Source: Geosiphon pyriformis uo1 (Eukaryota; Fungi; Glomeromycota). Taken from it: a DNA stretch of 64,000 bases. Location of the stretch: positions 296,219 to 360,218 of the forward strand of contig JAAOMT010000760.1 of the NCBI GenBank assembly GCA_016748015.1, in the 5' to 3' direction. The translations under genes and the position numbers were made by a program. Below the pieces are notes generated by a model that saw only the letters and a list, made by a program, of their open reading frames with translations, was not told the DNA's origin and made no database searches. Positions 11,102 through 23,223 of this stretch are shown in pieces; positions within the stretch are counted from its first letter, which is position 1; every line of letters begins with the position of its first letter.

Positions 11102-14100
11102 CTAATCTTGTCTCATTCTGGAGAGACAGTCAACATTGGTGTGAAGTTTTCCTGGTTTGTGATGTACTATGTATTGATAATTTGCTAAAAATCCTGTCCA
11201 TCGGGTTTGTTTTGCATTCAGCTAAGTATTTTTGTTCTGAAGCCATTTGAGTCCAATATTATCAGTGATAATATCGAATTTTTTAGGCCTAAGATAAAAG
11301 TTGAAGTAGTGTAGGGCCCAAATTATGGCTGCTGTTTCTAGTTCTGTGGCAGAATAATTTTTCTCAGCTGGTTTTAATATTCTACTGGCATAAATGATTA
11401 CTTGCTCATTTCTATTGTCATCCAATTATGATAGGATAGCACTAAAGGCAGTATAAAAGGCATCTGTTGCTAATCGAAATTGGTTGCTGAAATCTGGGTA
11501 GGCGAGGATTGGAGCTGTTGTCAGTTTTTCCTTGAGAATTTCAAAAGCTTTTTGGTGTTCGGTAGTTCATTTGTATTCAACGTTTTTGGTGGTGAGCTGG
11601 TTGAGAGGTTTTGCAATTTCCAAGAATCCTTTGATAAACTTCTGATAGTAGAATGCTAATCCTATAAATCCTCTTAGTTCTGTAGTGTTTCAAGGAGTTT
11701 TGAAGTTTTTGACAATGCTGATTTTTCCAGAGTCCAGTTTGATTCCATCTTTACTAACGATATGCCCAAGGAAGGCCAAGCTTGTTTTTCCAAAGTAGCA
11801 TTTTTCGATGTTGAGTTTTAGTCCTGCTTTTTATAATTGTTGAAAAACTTCTCGCAGGTGTTTTAAGTGTAATTTGAATGATGGAGAATAAACATCAGTA
11901 TCATTAAGATAAACAACTACTGACTTCTAAAAAAGTTCTTGGTACACAACATCTATTAATCTCTGAAACATTGTTGGTGCATTGCATAATCTGAAAGGCA
12001 TTACATTGAACTCATAATTTCTACCTTGAGTGGTGAATGCTGTCTTGGAACAATCTTTGGGATCCATAGCAACTTGCCAGTAACTGCTTTCTAAATCTAG
12101 TGTTGAAAAGTATTTGGATTTTCCAAGGGCATCTAACATGTCATCAATCTGGAGAAGGGGGTAGGCATCTTTAATTGTAACACTGTTGAATTGTTGATAG
12201 TCAACACAAAATCGAATCTTTCTATTTTTCTTTTTAACTAGCACTACAGATGAAGCCCAAGGACTTATGGAGGGTTGGATGAGCCCATTGTTAAGCATTC
12301 ATTGTACTTCTTCTCAGATGAATTGGTGGCTTTCTGGAGCAACTCAATATGCTTGTTGTCTTCTTGGTTTGACACCTCCTGTATAAATTTGGTGTTGAAC
12401 CAAATTGGTTCTTCCTAAGTCATTGTTGTTTTCAGCGAAGATATTGGCAAATTCTACAATTAGCTCTTTGAGCTGGGTCTGTTGTTGTGGTTCAAGTTGT
12501 CCCATGTTGATTTGAGATAGTTTTTCTATGACAACATGGTAGTTTTTGGAGCTAGGGTTTGGGTTGATTTTTGGTAGTGAATGTCCAATAATTTCAGAGA
12601 AATCGATGACTGTTTGGGGTAATTCTTGTTGAAATATATTATTGTGAATAACTCCAATTTCTAAATTATTTAATAAAATTATGGGGTAATTATTGGGGTT
12701 GTAAAAAGTAACTCGGACTTTCTTTGTTCCTTCTGAAATATAAATGTTTGGGATCGAAATATTATGTTCCAAGCAGATTTGTTCATTGGACTCAAAAATT
12801 TGTTGTGTGGTTGTTGGCTTTGGGCAGGTGTAGATTTCCGGATGTTCTCCAAAAAATGAGATGGTAATTGGTTGTGAAAGTCTGAGAATCTGGTAGAATT
12901 TGTTCTGTATGTTAAGAGCTATATTAACTGGAACTGTGAATCGTCCAGTTGAACCAAAATCTTGAATTCTTCTATCGCTTTTTCCTAATTGTTCTCTTAG
13001 ATTGACTAGTTGCAAACCCGAAATGTTGATTAGGGGTAGGTAAATAGCTTGGGCAATTTTTTCAGCATGTTCAATCTTGAATGGTTTGTCAGTTTCATTT
13101 TGAAACATCACTGTAATGTCTCCAGTATATCCAGCATTGATTATTCTTCCTCTGACATTGATTCCTTTGCTTGCCAGAGAGGACTAGGAGGTGATTTGAA
13201 CCATTGCTCCTGATGGGATTTTGAGTGCAATTTTGAGGTTGATTTTTGTGAGAGATTTGGGTTTGAGAACAAGGGTATCCTCGCCTGGATATCTTAAGTC
13301 ATATTCAGCATTAATTTCGTGTGCTTTTTCAGGTTTTATTTCTTGTCCATTGTTGTTGAAGTATTTAAGTTGTAAGGCAGACTCTTGTCCAGTGAAAATA
13401 ATGAGAACAAAATTGAATTTGGAGAACCTGAAGCAATGAAAGAAATTGAAACAACACCTATCTACCTTATCAAAAATCGGAATACTAAGAGTGTAGCATT
13501 CAGAACACCACTGTTCATCATAAGGCATAATGCATTTTTCACATAGCCTAATGTTCATTTGCTCTAATTATTGAATTTGAGCTTCTTGGGTTGGATAGAT
13601 GTGACTTGCAATTTGGTGGTAGACTTCTACTTCGTCTTCATAATCAAATCTAGCTAATTCTATGGTGTATTCAATGTATTCTGCTTTTTTCATTTGACAA
13701 ATATCTTCTTTGGTAGCTCTATTAATTAATGCCATTGCTAAGTCAAAAATTATCTTGGCATTATGGGGGTAGTAATAAAGTTTGTTGAGAGCACTGTTGT
13801 ATGCCGTATTAAAGGGTGTTCCTCTTTTTACTTTTTCTGAAATTGATAAAGCATATTGGCAGGTCTGATCACAGACTCCTCCTCTCATGGCTACATCAAT
13901 CCAATTGCATTCTTCCAGTAGCATATCTCCACAAGTCAAACAAGAGGTGTTGTCTCATTTTCTGCTCCTTTTTATTAGATGGCCCCATCATTCTCTGTAG
14001 CAAGCCTTGCAGTAATAACAAGTATGATTTTCATATTCTTCTTCAGGTGAAATGCAGACTCTTATTGACGATAGTTTCTTGTGGCAATCCTTACATTTAA

Positions 14101-16720
14101 GGAGAATATAAGGGCGTTGTTTCCTTGGTTCAGATTTTGAGTAAGGGATATTCTATTCAGAGGTTTCGGGTTCAGAGTGTGGGATAAAATGTTCTTGTTC
14201 TGTTTCATCAGCCCAGTTGGACGTTGATCCAAGAGCCATGAATGTTTCAATGAGAGGTTTTTCCTCTTCCAGTTCAAATTCAAAAACCGGGGCTTTTTCA
14301 GAGTGTTTGTTAAATGTATCACAAGTGACAAATATCCGGATGTGTTGTCCTTGGTAGGAAATTGTTAACTCTTGTGTTTTCCAATTCAGATTAGCATTGG
14401 CTTTTTGAAGCCAATCATTTCCGATGAGAGCTTAGTACTGGGGTGTGTTCATTACAAGAACTTTGACTGGAATAGTGATTCCATCAAGAGTGAATAGAAA
14501 ATTGTCAATTTCTCCTACTGGGGTCTTTTTCATGCCATCGGCAGTGACAATTACTGTTTGAGCTGGTTAGTTGACATTTCTTTTCAACTGTTGCATTAAC
14601 TGGTAGGTGATAATGCTTTCAGCGGATCTACTGTCTAAGATTAAGCAAATTGTTTTTTCTTCGACTTCTGCTTCAGTGTATATAGCTGTGATTGCTTTTT
14701 GTTCATTGGCGACTGCATTACTAAGCAGGAATGGTGACTCATTTGCTTCGAACTCAAAAGAGAATATATCTGAAAGGTTAGCATTTTCAGCAATTCTGGC
14801 TGGTGAGATTGTGGTGGGAGTATAGGAAGGGTTTTGTTGTTGTGCTGCAGCTCTACCTTCCGAGGGTGCAGTATGGTAAAAATTCTGTTCTTCTGGCATT
14901 GTTAAATAACTGGGTTGAATGTGGTAGTGGTTGGGTCTTGGTTGAGTGGAATTTTGGGGAACCAATTGGTTGTTCAAACTGATTCTATTGTTGTTTACTT
15001 GGTATTGGTTTTGTGGTGTGAATTGATTTTGTGTAATCAGTCTTTGAGCAGGTATTTGATAATGTTGTGTGGGTAGTTGTTGGTATTGCTGTTGGATTGG
15101 CTATAGGGTAGGCTGATAATAGTTATTTTGGTATTGGGGTCTTGGTGGATAATAAGCTGGTAGTGGTGGTTGATAATAAGATTGCTGTAGTGGAGGGTAA
15201 CATTAATTACTCCTATTTTGTTGGTCTTGTTGTAGCTTTCTGCAATCTCTTTTCCAGTGGCCAGAGATTCCACAGTAATGGCAATTTTGAAGCTGGTTAT
15301 TGAAAAATAGTACAAAGTTATTTTGATTTCATCTTTGGGATGGTTGATATCTTTGGGATTGCTGTTGTTGTTGATTGGTAAAATAGTTTTCAACTTTCTT
15401 TGTGAGTTGGTCAATTTTTTTCTTAGCTGCTAAGCTGGTTTCTCTAATTGCTAAATTTACAAGTTTTGTGTGATTGGCCTCTTCCATGGCCATTTCATAT
15501 CTTTTCGCATGCTGTATGGCAGAGTTTAAATCTTCTGGTGCATGTGGGCAAACCTTTTTAATTAGTTTATCTTTTAGACCAGCAATAAATTGATCCAAGA
15601 TTTGAGCATTGGAATAATAATCATTTGTTTCGAGTTGGCAAATTTGTCTGAGAAGTTTGTTGAATTTTTCAATATAAGTTATAACAGATTCGGAGAGTTC
15701 TTGTTTGATATTTCGAAAATGATTATGAAAGATGATAGAGGTATTATTGTCGGTGAACTGTTTAAGGAAGGCTGCTTTGAAAGCATTCCAATCATTGAAT
15801 GGGGTGGCCAAGTTTTCAAACCATTCTCCTGCTGTTCTTTTAAGAAAGTAGAGAATTGTTCTTAATATTCTGGCAGTATTCCATCCATTTGCATTTCCAG
15901 CTTTAGTAACTTGGTCGAGCCATTCTTGGGGACTGGTTTCAATGTCTTCTCCATTAAATTCAGGGATTTTTACAATATATGTTGTCATTTTATCTTCTTC
16001 GTTTTCACTGTCTATTGATTTTTCTTCAGATATTTCAAGTTTATTTTCTTTGTTTGCTGCTGTCTCAGAGTGTTCACTTTGATTTTCAGCTAGAAAGTCA
16101 AGGAGATTGGAACTAGTTTGAAGGGGTTCTTGTTGTCTGATAAGACTTCTGAGTGATGTAAAATCTTCTGGTCTTGCAAATCAATTCAAGGGTGAATTAG
16201 GCATTTGTGCTTGTGCAAGTGAAGCTGGAAAAGGTGTAATAGTAAGTGGAAGTTTTGAACTGGTTTTTTGTTCAGGTGTTTGTAAATGTTTGGCAGTTGT
16301 TTTTGGTAGTATTGGAGTATTTGGGATGGTTTTTGAGTATTGCTTCAATTTGTTTTTGCCTTTGTTGCTTGTTTCTGTTTCCGATTCAAAATCAATAGAG
16401 TATTGAGACTGCACTAAATATGTTTCTTCACAGTATTTGATAATGTTAAAATTAAGTTTGTGAAAGTAAGTGGCAAGTGTTTTGCTGTTAAGGTTTTCAG
16501 TTTCCAACTGTGAATAGTGTGTTAAATTATTGTAAAGGTTGCTTCTAACTTCTGAGATATTGTAATTTCCAAAAAGATAATTGTTGATGCAGTTTTCAAT
16601 GTATTGGTATACTGATTTCTTGACAACTTCAATTCCGTCTGGAATGTTGAATCTTTGCTTGCAGTGGGTGTAAATTGATTGGTAATACTCTAGAGTTGTT
16701 GTGTCTAGTGTGGTCGCCAC
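11102..16720 (-). pseudogene. gag-pol: Single-frame Gag-PR-Cys-rich-dUTPase-RT-RNase H polyprotein of B (about 1870 codons)
   Basis: ORF fragments ending at 16181, 15329, 14567, 13568, 13184, 12344, 11927 and 11222 share one frame from GTG 16720 to TAG 11102. Internal stops are CAA/CGA/TGG decay products. Confidence 0.92.
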
Positions 16721-16748
16721 TTTGAATTTTGTTGTTGCTGTGTTATTT

Positions 16749-16764
16749 CCATGGGAGAGCACCA
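16749..16764 (-). promoter_or_regulatory. Primer binding site of B
   Basis: TT + TGGTGCTCTCCCATGG directly after the 5' LTR. Confidence 0.85.
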
Positions 16765-16766
16765 AA

Positions 16767-17748
16767 TGTTACCAGAGGTTTTTGGTCTCTTTTCTTGAAT
16801 GTTGTTAATGTTTGTTTGCTGTGAATTCACGTTTTTTGGATGTGGTTGAACCTCCAATAACTGAATTTATCTTCAAATTATCTCCTATAATTTGAACTTG
16901 CTGGGCTTATGAGTGGAATGGCCAATTCTATGCTAGTTGCTTTATGTAGTTACGTTGTAGTAAACATCAACTCTTTCCCAGAAATTGCTTGTTTGGAAGC
17001 TCACTAAAAATGTGTAGTTACTTTGCTGTGAAAGTCAACTCTTCTACAGGAATCTCGTCTGTAGGCTACCTTAATGATTATAATAAGAAAAGAAAAAAAA
17101 AATAAAAGAAATGTAAAAAAAATAGAATTCTGTCAAGGAAAACGTTTTCTATCCAGGCCTGGAGTCACTAACAGTTTACTGAAATTGGTAGCTAATCAAT
17201 TTCGAAATGTTAGTTGGGTTTTTGGGGGTTTTTCTAAGTACAATAATTAAAGAATTTGGTTTTTTGAATTATTTAATATTTATTTCTTTTTGTGTATATA
17301 GGAACAGTTTTAAGAGATAAATCTAAAGTAAGATACATTTTCTCGAAGAGAGATGCTTTTCTTTTATACAACTTGTCATAACACTATTCTATGAACTTGA
17401 ACTTTGCTATTTTCTACAATTTCGCTGAACTAAAAATACATTTCAGCAAACTACAAGTTATTTTTGCGAACTATTAGATATTTCGGTGAACTATCAATTA
17501 TTTTGGTGAATTTCTACAAATTTCGGCAAACTTTTAAATGTTACATAGTTTGGGATATTGCATAATTTGATCATCGCAATTAGGTTACATTTGTGTTGTG
17601 TACAAATTGGGTTATTAATTAAATAATAATTTTGGACATTTTGCTAATGTAATAAGTGATAATTTGAAATAATAATATATGCTAATTAATGATAGGATTT
17701 ATAAGATAATTTCATGCTAAATAATATCTCTAATTTTGTCTGGTAACA
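16767..17748 (-). repeat. 5' LTR of B
   Basis: TGTTAC...GTAACA, 982 bp, followed on the minus strand by the PBS. Confidence 0.95.
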
Positions 17749-18890
17749 CCAGTGATAAATTGATCCAAGATTTGAGCATCAGAATAATAATTATTAATTT
17801 CAAGTTGGTGAATTTGTCTGAGAAGTTTGTTGAATTTCCCAATATAAGTCATAACAGATTTGGAGGGTTCTTGTTTGATATTGCGAAAACAATTTCAAAA
17901 GGTGATGGAGATATTATTGTCAGTGAACTGTTCAAGGAAGGCTGCTTTGAAAGCATCCTAATCATTGAATGGAGTGGCCAAGTTTTCAAACCATTCTCCT
18001 GCTGTTTCTTTGAGAAAGTAGGAAATTGTTCTTAACATTCTGGCAGCATTCCATCTATTTGCATCTCCAGCTTTAGTAACTTGGTTGAGCCATTCTTGGA
18101 GACTGGTCTCAATGTTTTCTCCATTAAATTCAGGGATTTTTGTGATGTATGCTGTCATTTCGTTTTCTTTGTTTTTACTGTCTATTGATTCTTTTTTAGT
18201 TATTTTAGAGTCATTTTCTTCGTTTGCTGCTGTCTCAAAGTGTTCACTTTGATTTTCAGCTAGAAAATCAAGAAGATTGGAACTAGTTTGAAGAGGTTCT
18301 TGCTGTCTGGTGAAACTTCTGAGTAATGTAAAATCTTTTGGTCTTGCAAATCGATTCAAGAGTGAATTAAGTGTTTGTGCTTGTGCAAGTAAAACTAGAA
18401 AAGGTGTGATAATAAGTGGAAGTTTTGACCTGGTTTCTTGTTCAGGTGTTTGTAAGTGTTTGGCAGTTATTTTTGGTAGTATTGGAATATTTGGGGTGGT
18501 TTTTGAGTATTGCTTCAATTTTTGTTTGCCTTTGTTGCTTGTTTCTGTCTCTGATTCAAAATCAATGGAGTATTGAGACTGTACTGGATATGTTTCTTCA
18601 TAGTACTGGATAATGTTAAAATTTAGTTCTTGAAAGTAAGTGGCAAGTGTTTCACTGTTAAGATCTTCAGTTTTCAACTGTGAATAGTGTGCTAAATTGT
18701 TGTAAAGATTGCTTTTAACTTCTGAGATATTGTAATTTCTAAAAAGATAATTGTTGATGTGGTTTTCAATGTATTGGTATACTGATTTTTTGACAACTTC
18801 AATTCCGTCTGGAATGTTGAATTTTTGCTTGCAGTGGGTGTAAATTGATTGGTAATACTCTAGAGTTGTTGCATCTGGTGTGGTTGCCAC
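17749..18890 (-). pseudogene. gag: Gag N-terminal part of A
   Basis: GTG start at 18890. Capsid-like region from ATG 18158 (MTAYITKIPEFNGE...AGEWF). Collinear with B. Confidence 0.9.
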
Positions 18891-18916
18891 TTTGAAGTTG
18901 TTTTGCTGTGTTGTTT

Positions 18917-18932
18917 CTGTGGAAGAGCACCA
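18917..18932 (-). promoter_or_regulatory. Primer binding site of A
   Basis: TGGTGCTCTTCCACAG after the LTR plus TT. Confidence 0.85.
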
Positions 18933-18934
18933 AA

Positions 18935-19921
18935 TGTTACTGGAGGTTTTTGGTCTCTTTTCTTAAATGTTGTTGATGTCTGTTTGCTGTGAATTCCTGT
19001 TTTTTGGATGTGGTTGAACCTCCAGTAACTGAATTTATCTTCAAATTATCTCCTATAATTTGAACTGCTGGGCTTATAAGTAGAATGGCCAATTCCATGC
19101 CAGTTACTTTGTATAGTTACATTGTAGTAAATGTCAACTCTTTCCCAGGAATTGCTCGTCTGGAAGCTCACTAAAAATGTATAGTTACTTTGCTGTGAAA
19201 GTTAACTTTTCTACAAGAATTCTCGTTTGTAGGCTACCCAAAATGATTTATAATAAGAAAAAAAATAAAATAAAAGAAATGTAAAAGAAAAAGTAAAACT
19301 AATAATTTATGGAAGTCATTTCGGATCCAGGCCTAGAAGTGCTTTAACAGTCTACTGAAATTGGTAGCTAATCAATTTCAAACTGTTAGTAGGAATTGGT
19401 TAATTTCAAGAAAAATAATTAAGAATTTGGCTTTTCAAATTATTTGATATTTATTTGTCTTTTGGGTGTAAAGGATTATTCTAATTGTTTAAATCTGAAA
19501 TAAAATACATTTTCTCAAAGAGAGACACTCTTCTTTTATACAACTTGTTGTAACATTATTCTATGAACTCAAACTTTGCTATTTTCTACAATTTTGCTGA
19601 ACTAAAGATACATTTCGACGAACTACAAGTTATTTCTGCAAACTATTAGATATTTCGGTGAACTATCAATTATTTCGGCAAATTTTTACAAATTTTGGCA
19701 AACTTTTTGAATGTTACATAGTTTGGGGTATTGCATGATTGATTATCACAATTAGGTTACATTTGTGTCATATACAAATTGGGTTATTAATTAAATAATA
19801 ATTTCGAACATTTTGCTAATGTAATAAGTGATAATTTGAAATGATAATATATGTTAATTAATAATGGGAATTATAATAATAATTTCATGCTAAATAATAT
19901 CTCTAATTTCGTCTGGTAACA
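18935..19921 (-). repeat. 5' LTR of A
   Basis: Pairs with 280-1242. Confidence 0.95.
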
Positions 19922-20091
19922 ACATAAAAATTGAAGGCTGATTCTGCTGGATAATAGTTGTTGGTTAAACCCAATTGTTGGCTGTACTGTTAAAATAAGA
20001 ATTTAGCAAATTCTAAATGGTTTGTTCCTATTATTTCTGATTCTGCCACTTTTGGATAATGGTTGTTGGTGCTAATTCTCTATAGGATTAT

Positions 20092-20109
20092 ACCTCACAA
20101 GAAGCATCA
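20092..20109 (-). promoter_or_regulatory. Primer binding site of C
   Basis: TGATGCTTCTTGTGAGGT, a decayed TGGTGCTCCTTGTGAGGT. Confidence 0.75.
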
Positions 20110-20111
20110 AA

Positions 20112-20863
20112 TATTACAGATGATTATATTGGGTCTCAAAGCAAATAACAAATCCATAATGTGGTGCTTAATTGATATATTGATCTTGGTTTCTGAAGGT
20201 TTTTTTTATTGAGCCCTTTGTATAATGGACAGAAATTCAATTGTTGTTTCAGTAGCCTTCCAGAATCACAATTCTGTTGAATTTTTTTCTCAGTGTGGTG
20301 ACTGGTAATTCTTCTGGTAAGCTATTTTCAATTATGAGTGTTCTACCCTTGTTTTATAGGTCTTTTACTAATTCCTATAATGTCTGTAACTTAGCACTTT
20401 AATTCTTTTTGATTAGTAAAACAAAAAAAAATAACAAAGAAAAATAAAAGAAAATAAAGAAATAAGCCAAGGCAATTACAAGTTAGTATTCTTTTAATAG
20501 CCATAATCAAGAGCTATTGTTCCAATATGGTTAAGTATCAACTTCTATCAACATAAAATGTTAATAGTGGAGTGGATTTGAGATAGTAAATAATTATTTA
20601 TTGATATTTGTGATGTGGAAGGTTGTTTAGATGAAATTTAAACTGAAAGATCTGTCTTTTTTTCTTCTAATACTACTACTATATATACAAAATTGATGTT
20701 CTATAAGATTACTCACATTCCTGAACAATGTGCTATGATTTCTTGAACAATGTGCTATGGTTTTTGACATTGCTTTATATTGCTGAGCAATGTGCTTATG
20801 TGCTAATTACTACTTTCCTATTGGTCTACTATTTTCTATATCTGTTTTTTTTTATGAATAACA
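20112..20863 (-). repeat. 5' LTR of C
   Basis: Reverse-complement homolog of the D LTR, with decayed TGTTAC/GTAACA termini. Confidence 0.85.
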
Positions 20864-22352
20864 ATAAATGAAATTGACAATCAATACATCTTTTCCAAAA
20901 TTAGCACCCAAACAGTCTATTGTGTCAATCACCCAACTTTTCAAAACAAAACTCTTAGCCAGTGTTATAAACAAATCAATAGAAGAAACAGCCTTATTCA
21001 GTAAATAAGTGACCACATTTCTCTTGGCAAAAGTGCTCAACAATGTATCTTATTCCAAAATAGCATTAGACAATAAAGTTTCCCTAACTTTGCCATCGAA
21101 AATACAAGAGAATATGTGATCAGAGTTTTCTACCATATTACACCAAATGCAAGCAACACTCAGATATCTCAGATTATACATCTTTTTCTTTTTGGCCACC
21201 AGTAAATAATAGTGTAGTGTTTTCATGAAGTATGACTAAAGCATTACTATAGCAGAGTTAGTGTAATCAGATTGGATTTTGTCATTGAAATGCCAAACAC
21301 AAAAAGTTCTAACCATATTAAAACAACCACCAAAATTTGTATTAACAGCACTATTAACACATCTGGTCTTTCAATCAACAGAGTAAACTGTATTGAATAA
21401 TTTTCTAACAACATAATAAGCATTCTCAAAGACAGGCCTGCCTTTAACATTGAGAAAATAATATGACATCACAAAAGACAAAAAGAACCTAGAGATGACT
21501 GTGACATCAACATAGAAATTGGCATGTTTGTTTCCAATAACACCAAAATCACTCTTGACTTTATTCCAAGTAACTGACAAACCTTTTTTAGAAATAACCT
21601 GGCAAATATGTTCTTTTTTAATCCAGCATTTGTCATAAAAGTCAAGACCAGATACACTACTGATGGAGCTGTACATATCCAGTAAAGCTTGGCTGTTAGT
21701 AAACAAATTAACTAATTGAAAAGTGAACACACACTCCAAAGCAAGAGCAATGGCCTGTAGTTTTACCAGAGTTAATAATAGCAACTCATCTACTTTAATC
21801 CCAACACTAGTGTTTATATTTGGAAAATAAGCAACAGCAGCACCACTACAAGCACCTAATAAACCTAAATTTTTAATGAAGCTATTTATATAGATGGTTA
21901 TAAAACCCAACCCAAAATCCAACAGACACTTACCAATATAGCCAAAGTTACAAGAAGAGTCAGTGAAAACAAAATGAAAAGACAATAATAAATTATTTGA
22001 CAAACCACTTTCATTGATAAATTTGACCAAAGAAACAAACTAGACAGAAACTGGGTCTCTAAGGTCTAGTCTCTTCCACTTGCAAAAAGTGTTCTATGCA
22101 AAACATGTGCCATAACAGTCTAAAAACTGGTTTGCAAACACAATGCCATACTTTTTAAGAGATTTTACTATGTCCAAATAAGACTCAGAGCTGAGCACAT
22201 CCAGAACTGCAATACTATTCTCAGCCCAAAAAACATTAGGCAGAATGCCATTCAAAGACAGATTGCACAATTTGAGAACACATATTATGCCAGCCAGAAA
22301 ACAATTTATTGGGTCAATTAACAACTTAATTGGAACTCAAAGAAGGTACTAG
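20864..22352 (-). mobile_element. LINE 1, 3' part of ORF2 (RNase H and C-terminal Cys region)
   Basis: IYINSF (decayed YTDGS)...LQAIALALECV...WNKVKSD..GNKHAN. Rejoins 52927 across element D. Confidence 0.85.
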
Positions 22353-23161
22353 TGTTACTCATAAAAAAAAAACAGATATAGAGAAAATAGTAGACCAATA
22401 AGTGAATAGTATTTAGCACATGAGCACATTACTCAACAATATAGAACAATGACAGAAATTATGGCACATTGCTCAAGAAATCATAGTACATTGTTCAGGA
22501 TTGTGAACGATCTCATAGAACATCAATTATGTATATATAGCAGTAGTGTTAGAAGTAGAAAAGGAGAATCTTTTCATTAAAAACCTTCCAGCTTAGATTT
22601 TATTGAAGTGATCTTCCAATACACAAATATCAATAAATAATTATTCTCTATCTCAAATTTACTATTCACTATCAACACTTCATGTTGATAGTAATTGATA
22701 CTTAACCACACTGGAACAATAGCTCTTAATCACAACTATTAACAGAATACTAATTTGCAATTGCTTTTACTTATTTCTTTATTTTCTTTTATTTTCTTTT
22801 ATTTTCTTTTATTATTTCTTTGGTTTTACTGAAATTGATTAAGGATTAAGTGCTGAGATACAAACATCATAGGAACTGGTAAAAGACCTGTGAAACAAGG
22901 GTAGAACACTCATAGATTTGAGGATAGCTTACTAGGAGGATTACCGGTCACCACGTTGAGAAAGAAATTTGATGAAACTGTGGTTTCAAGAAGCTATAGA
23001 TAAAACCATCAATTAAAATCTCTGTTCATTATACAAAGAACTCCACAACAAAACCTTTAGATAAACTACACCTTTAGATATCATGAACACTAACAAATCA
23101 ATTAAGCACCAAGTTACAAATTTGTTATTTGCTTTGAGACCCCAAATAAACACCTGTAACA
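22353..23161 (+). repeat. 5' LTR of D
   Basis: TGTTAC...TGTAACA followed by TTTGGTGCT. Confidence 0.93.
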
Positions 23162-23163
23162 TT

Positions 23164-23181
23164 TGGTGCTTCCTGTAAAGT
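23164..23181 (+). promoter_or_regulatory. Primer binding site of D
   Basis: TGGTGCTTCCTGTAAAGT. Confidence 0.85.
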
Positions 23182-23223
23182 ATAATTTTACAGAAAACCA
23201 GCACCAACAGCAATTATTGAAAA

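Larger units (their letters stand above)
7988..17748 (-). mobile_element. Ty3/Gypsy element B (same family as A), inserted in gag of A
   Basis: TSD CCAG at 7984-7987 and 17749-17752; A gag rejoins as DQFITG|LKDK. 5' LTR at 16767-17748; 3' LTR runs from 7988 into the N gap. Confidence 0.95.
280..19921 (-). mobile_element. Ty3/Gypsy LTR retrotransposon A (full length, decayed; interrupted by B)
   Basis: LTRs at 280-1242 and 18935-19921 with TGTTAC...GTAACA termini. TSD ACAT at 276-279 and 19922-19925. PBS, PPT and gag/PR/dUTPase/RT/RH/IN remnants present. Confidence 0.95.
1..20863 (-). mobile_element. Ty3/Gypsy element C (5' part only: LTR, PBS, gag start); interrupted by element A and continuing left of the window
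   Basis: Gag fragments at 1-279 and 19922-20049 rejoin across the ACAT TSD (SAFNFYV|NKRITDFL) and are homologous to gag of D and F. PBS at 20092-20109, LTR at 20112-20863. Confidence 0.85.

Noticed and set aside
11102-16720. Alternative genetic code (TAA/TAG = Gln) to explain in-frame stops
   Set aside because: Stops sit at different positions in A and B, include TGG>TAG/TGA and CGA>TGA, and accompany many missense G>A changes at catalytic residues. This is mutation, not recoding.
280-19921. A+B as a tandem duplication or misassembly
   Set aside because: B has its own matched LTR subtype and a perfect CCAG TSD splitting A's gag, so it is a true nested insertion.
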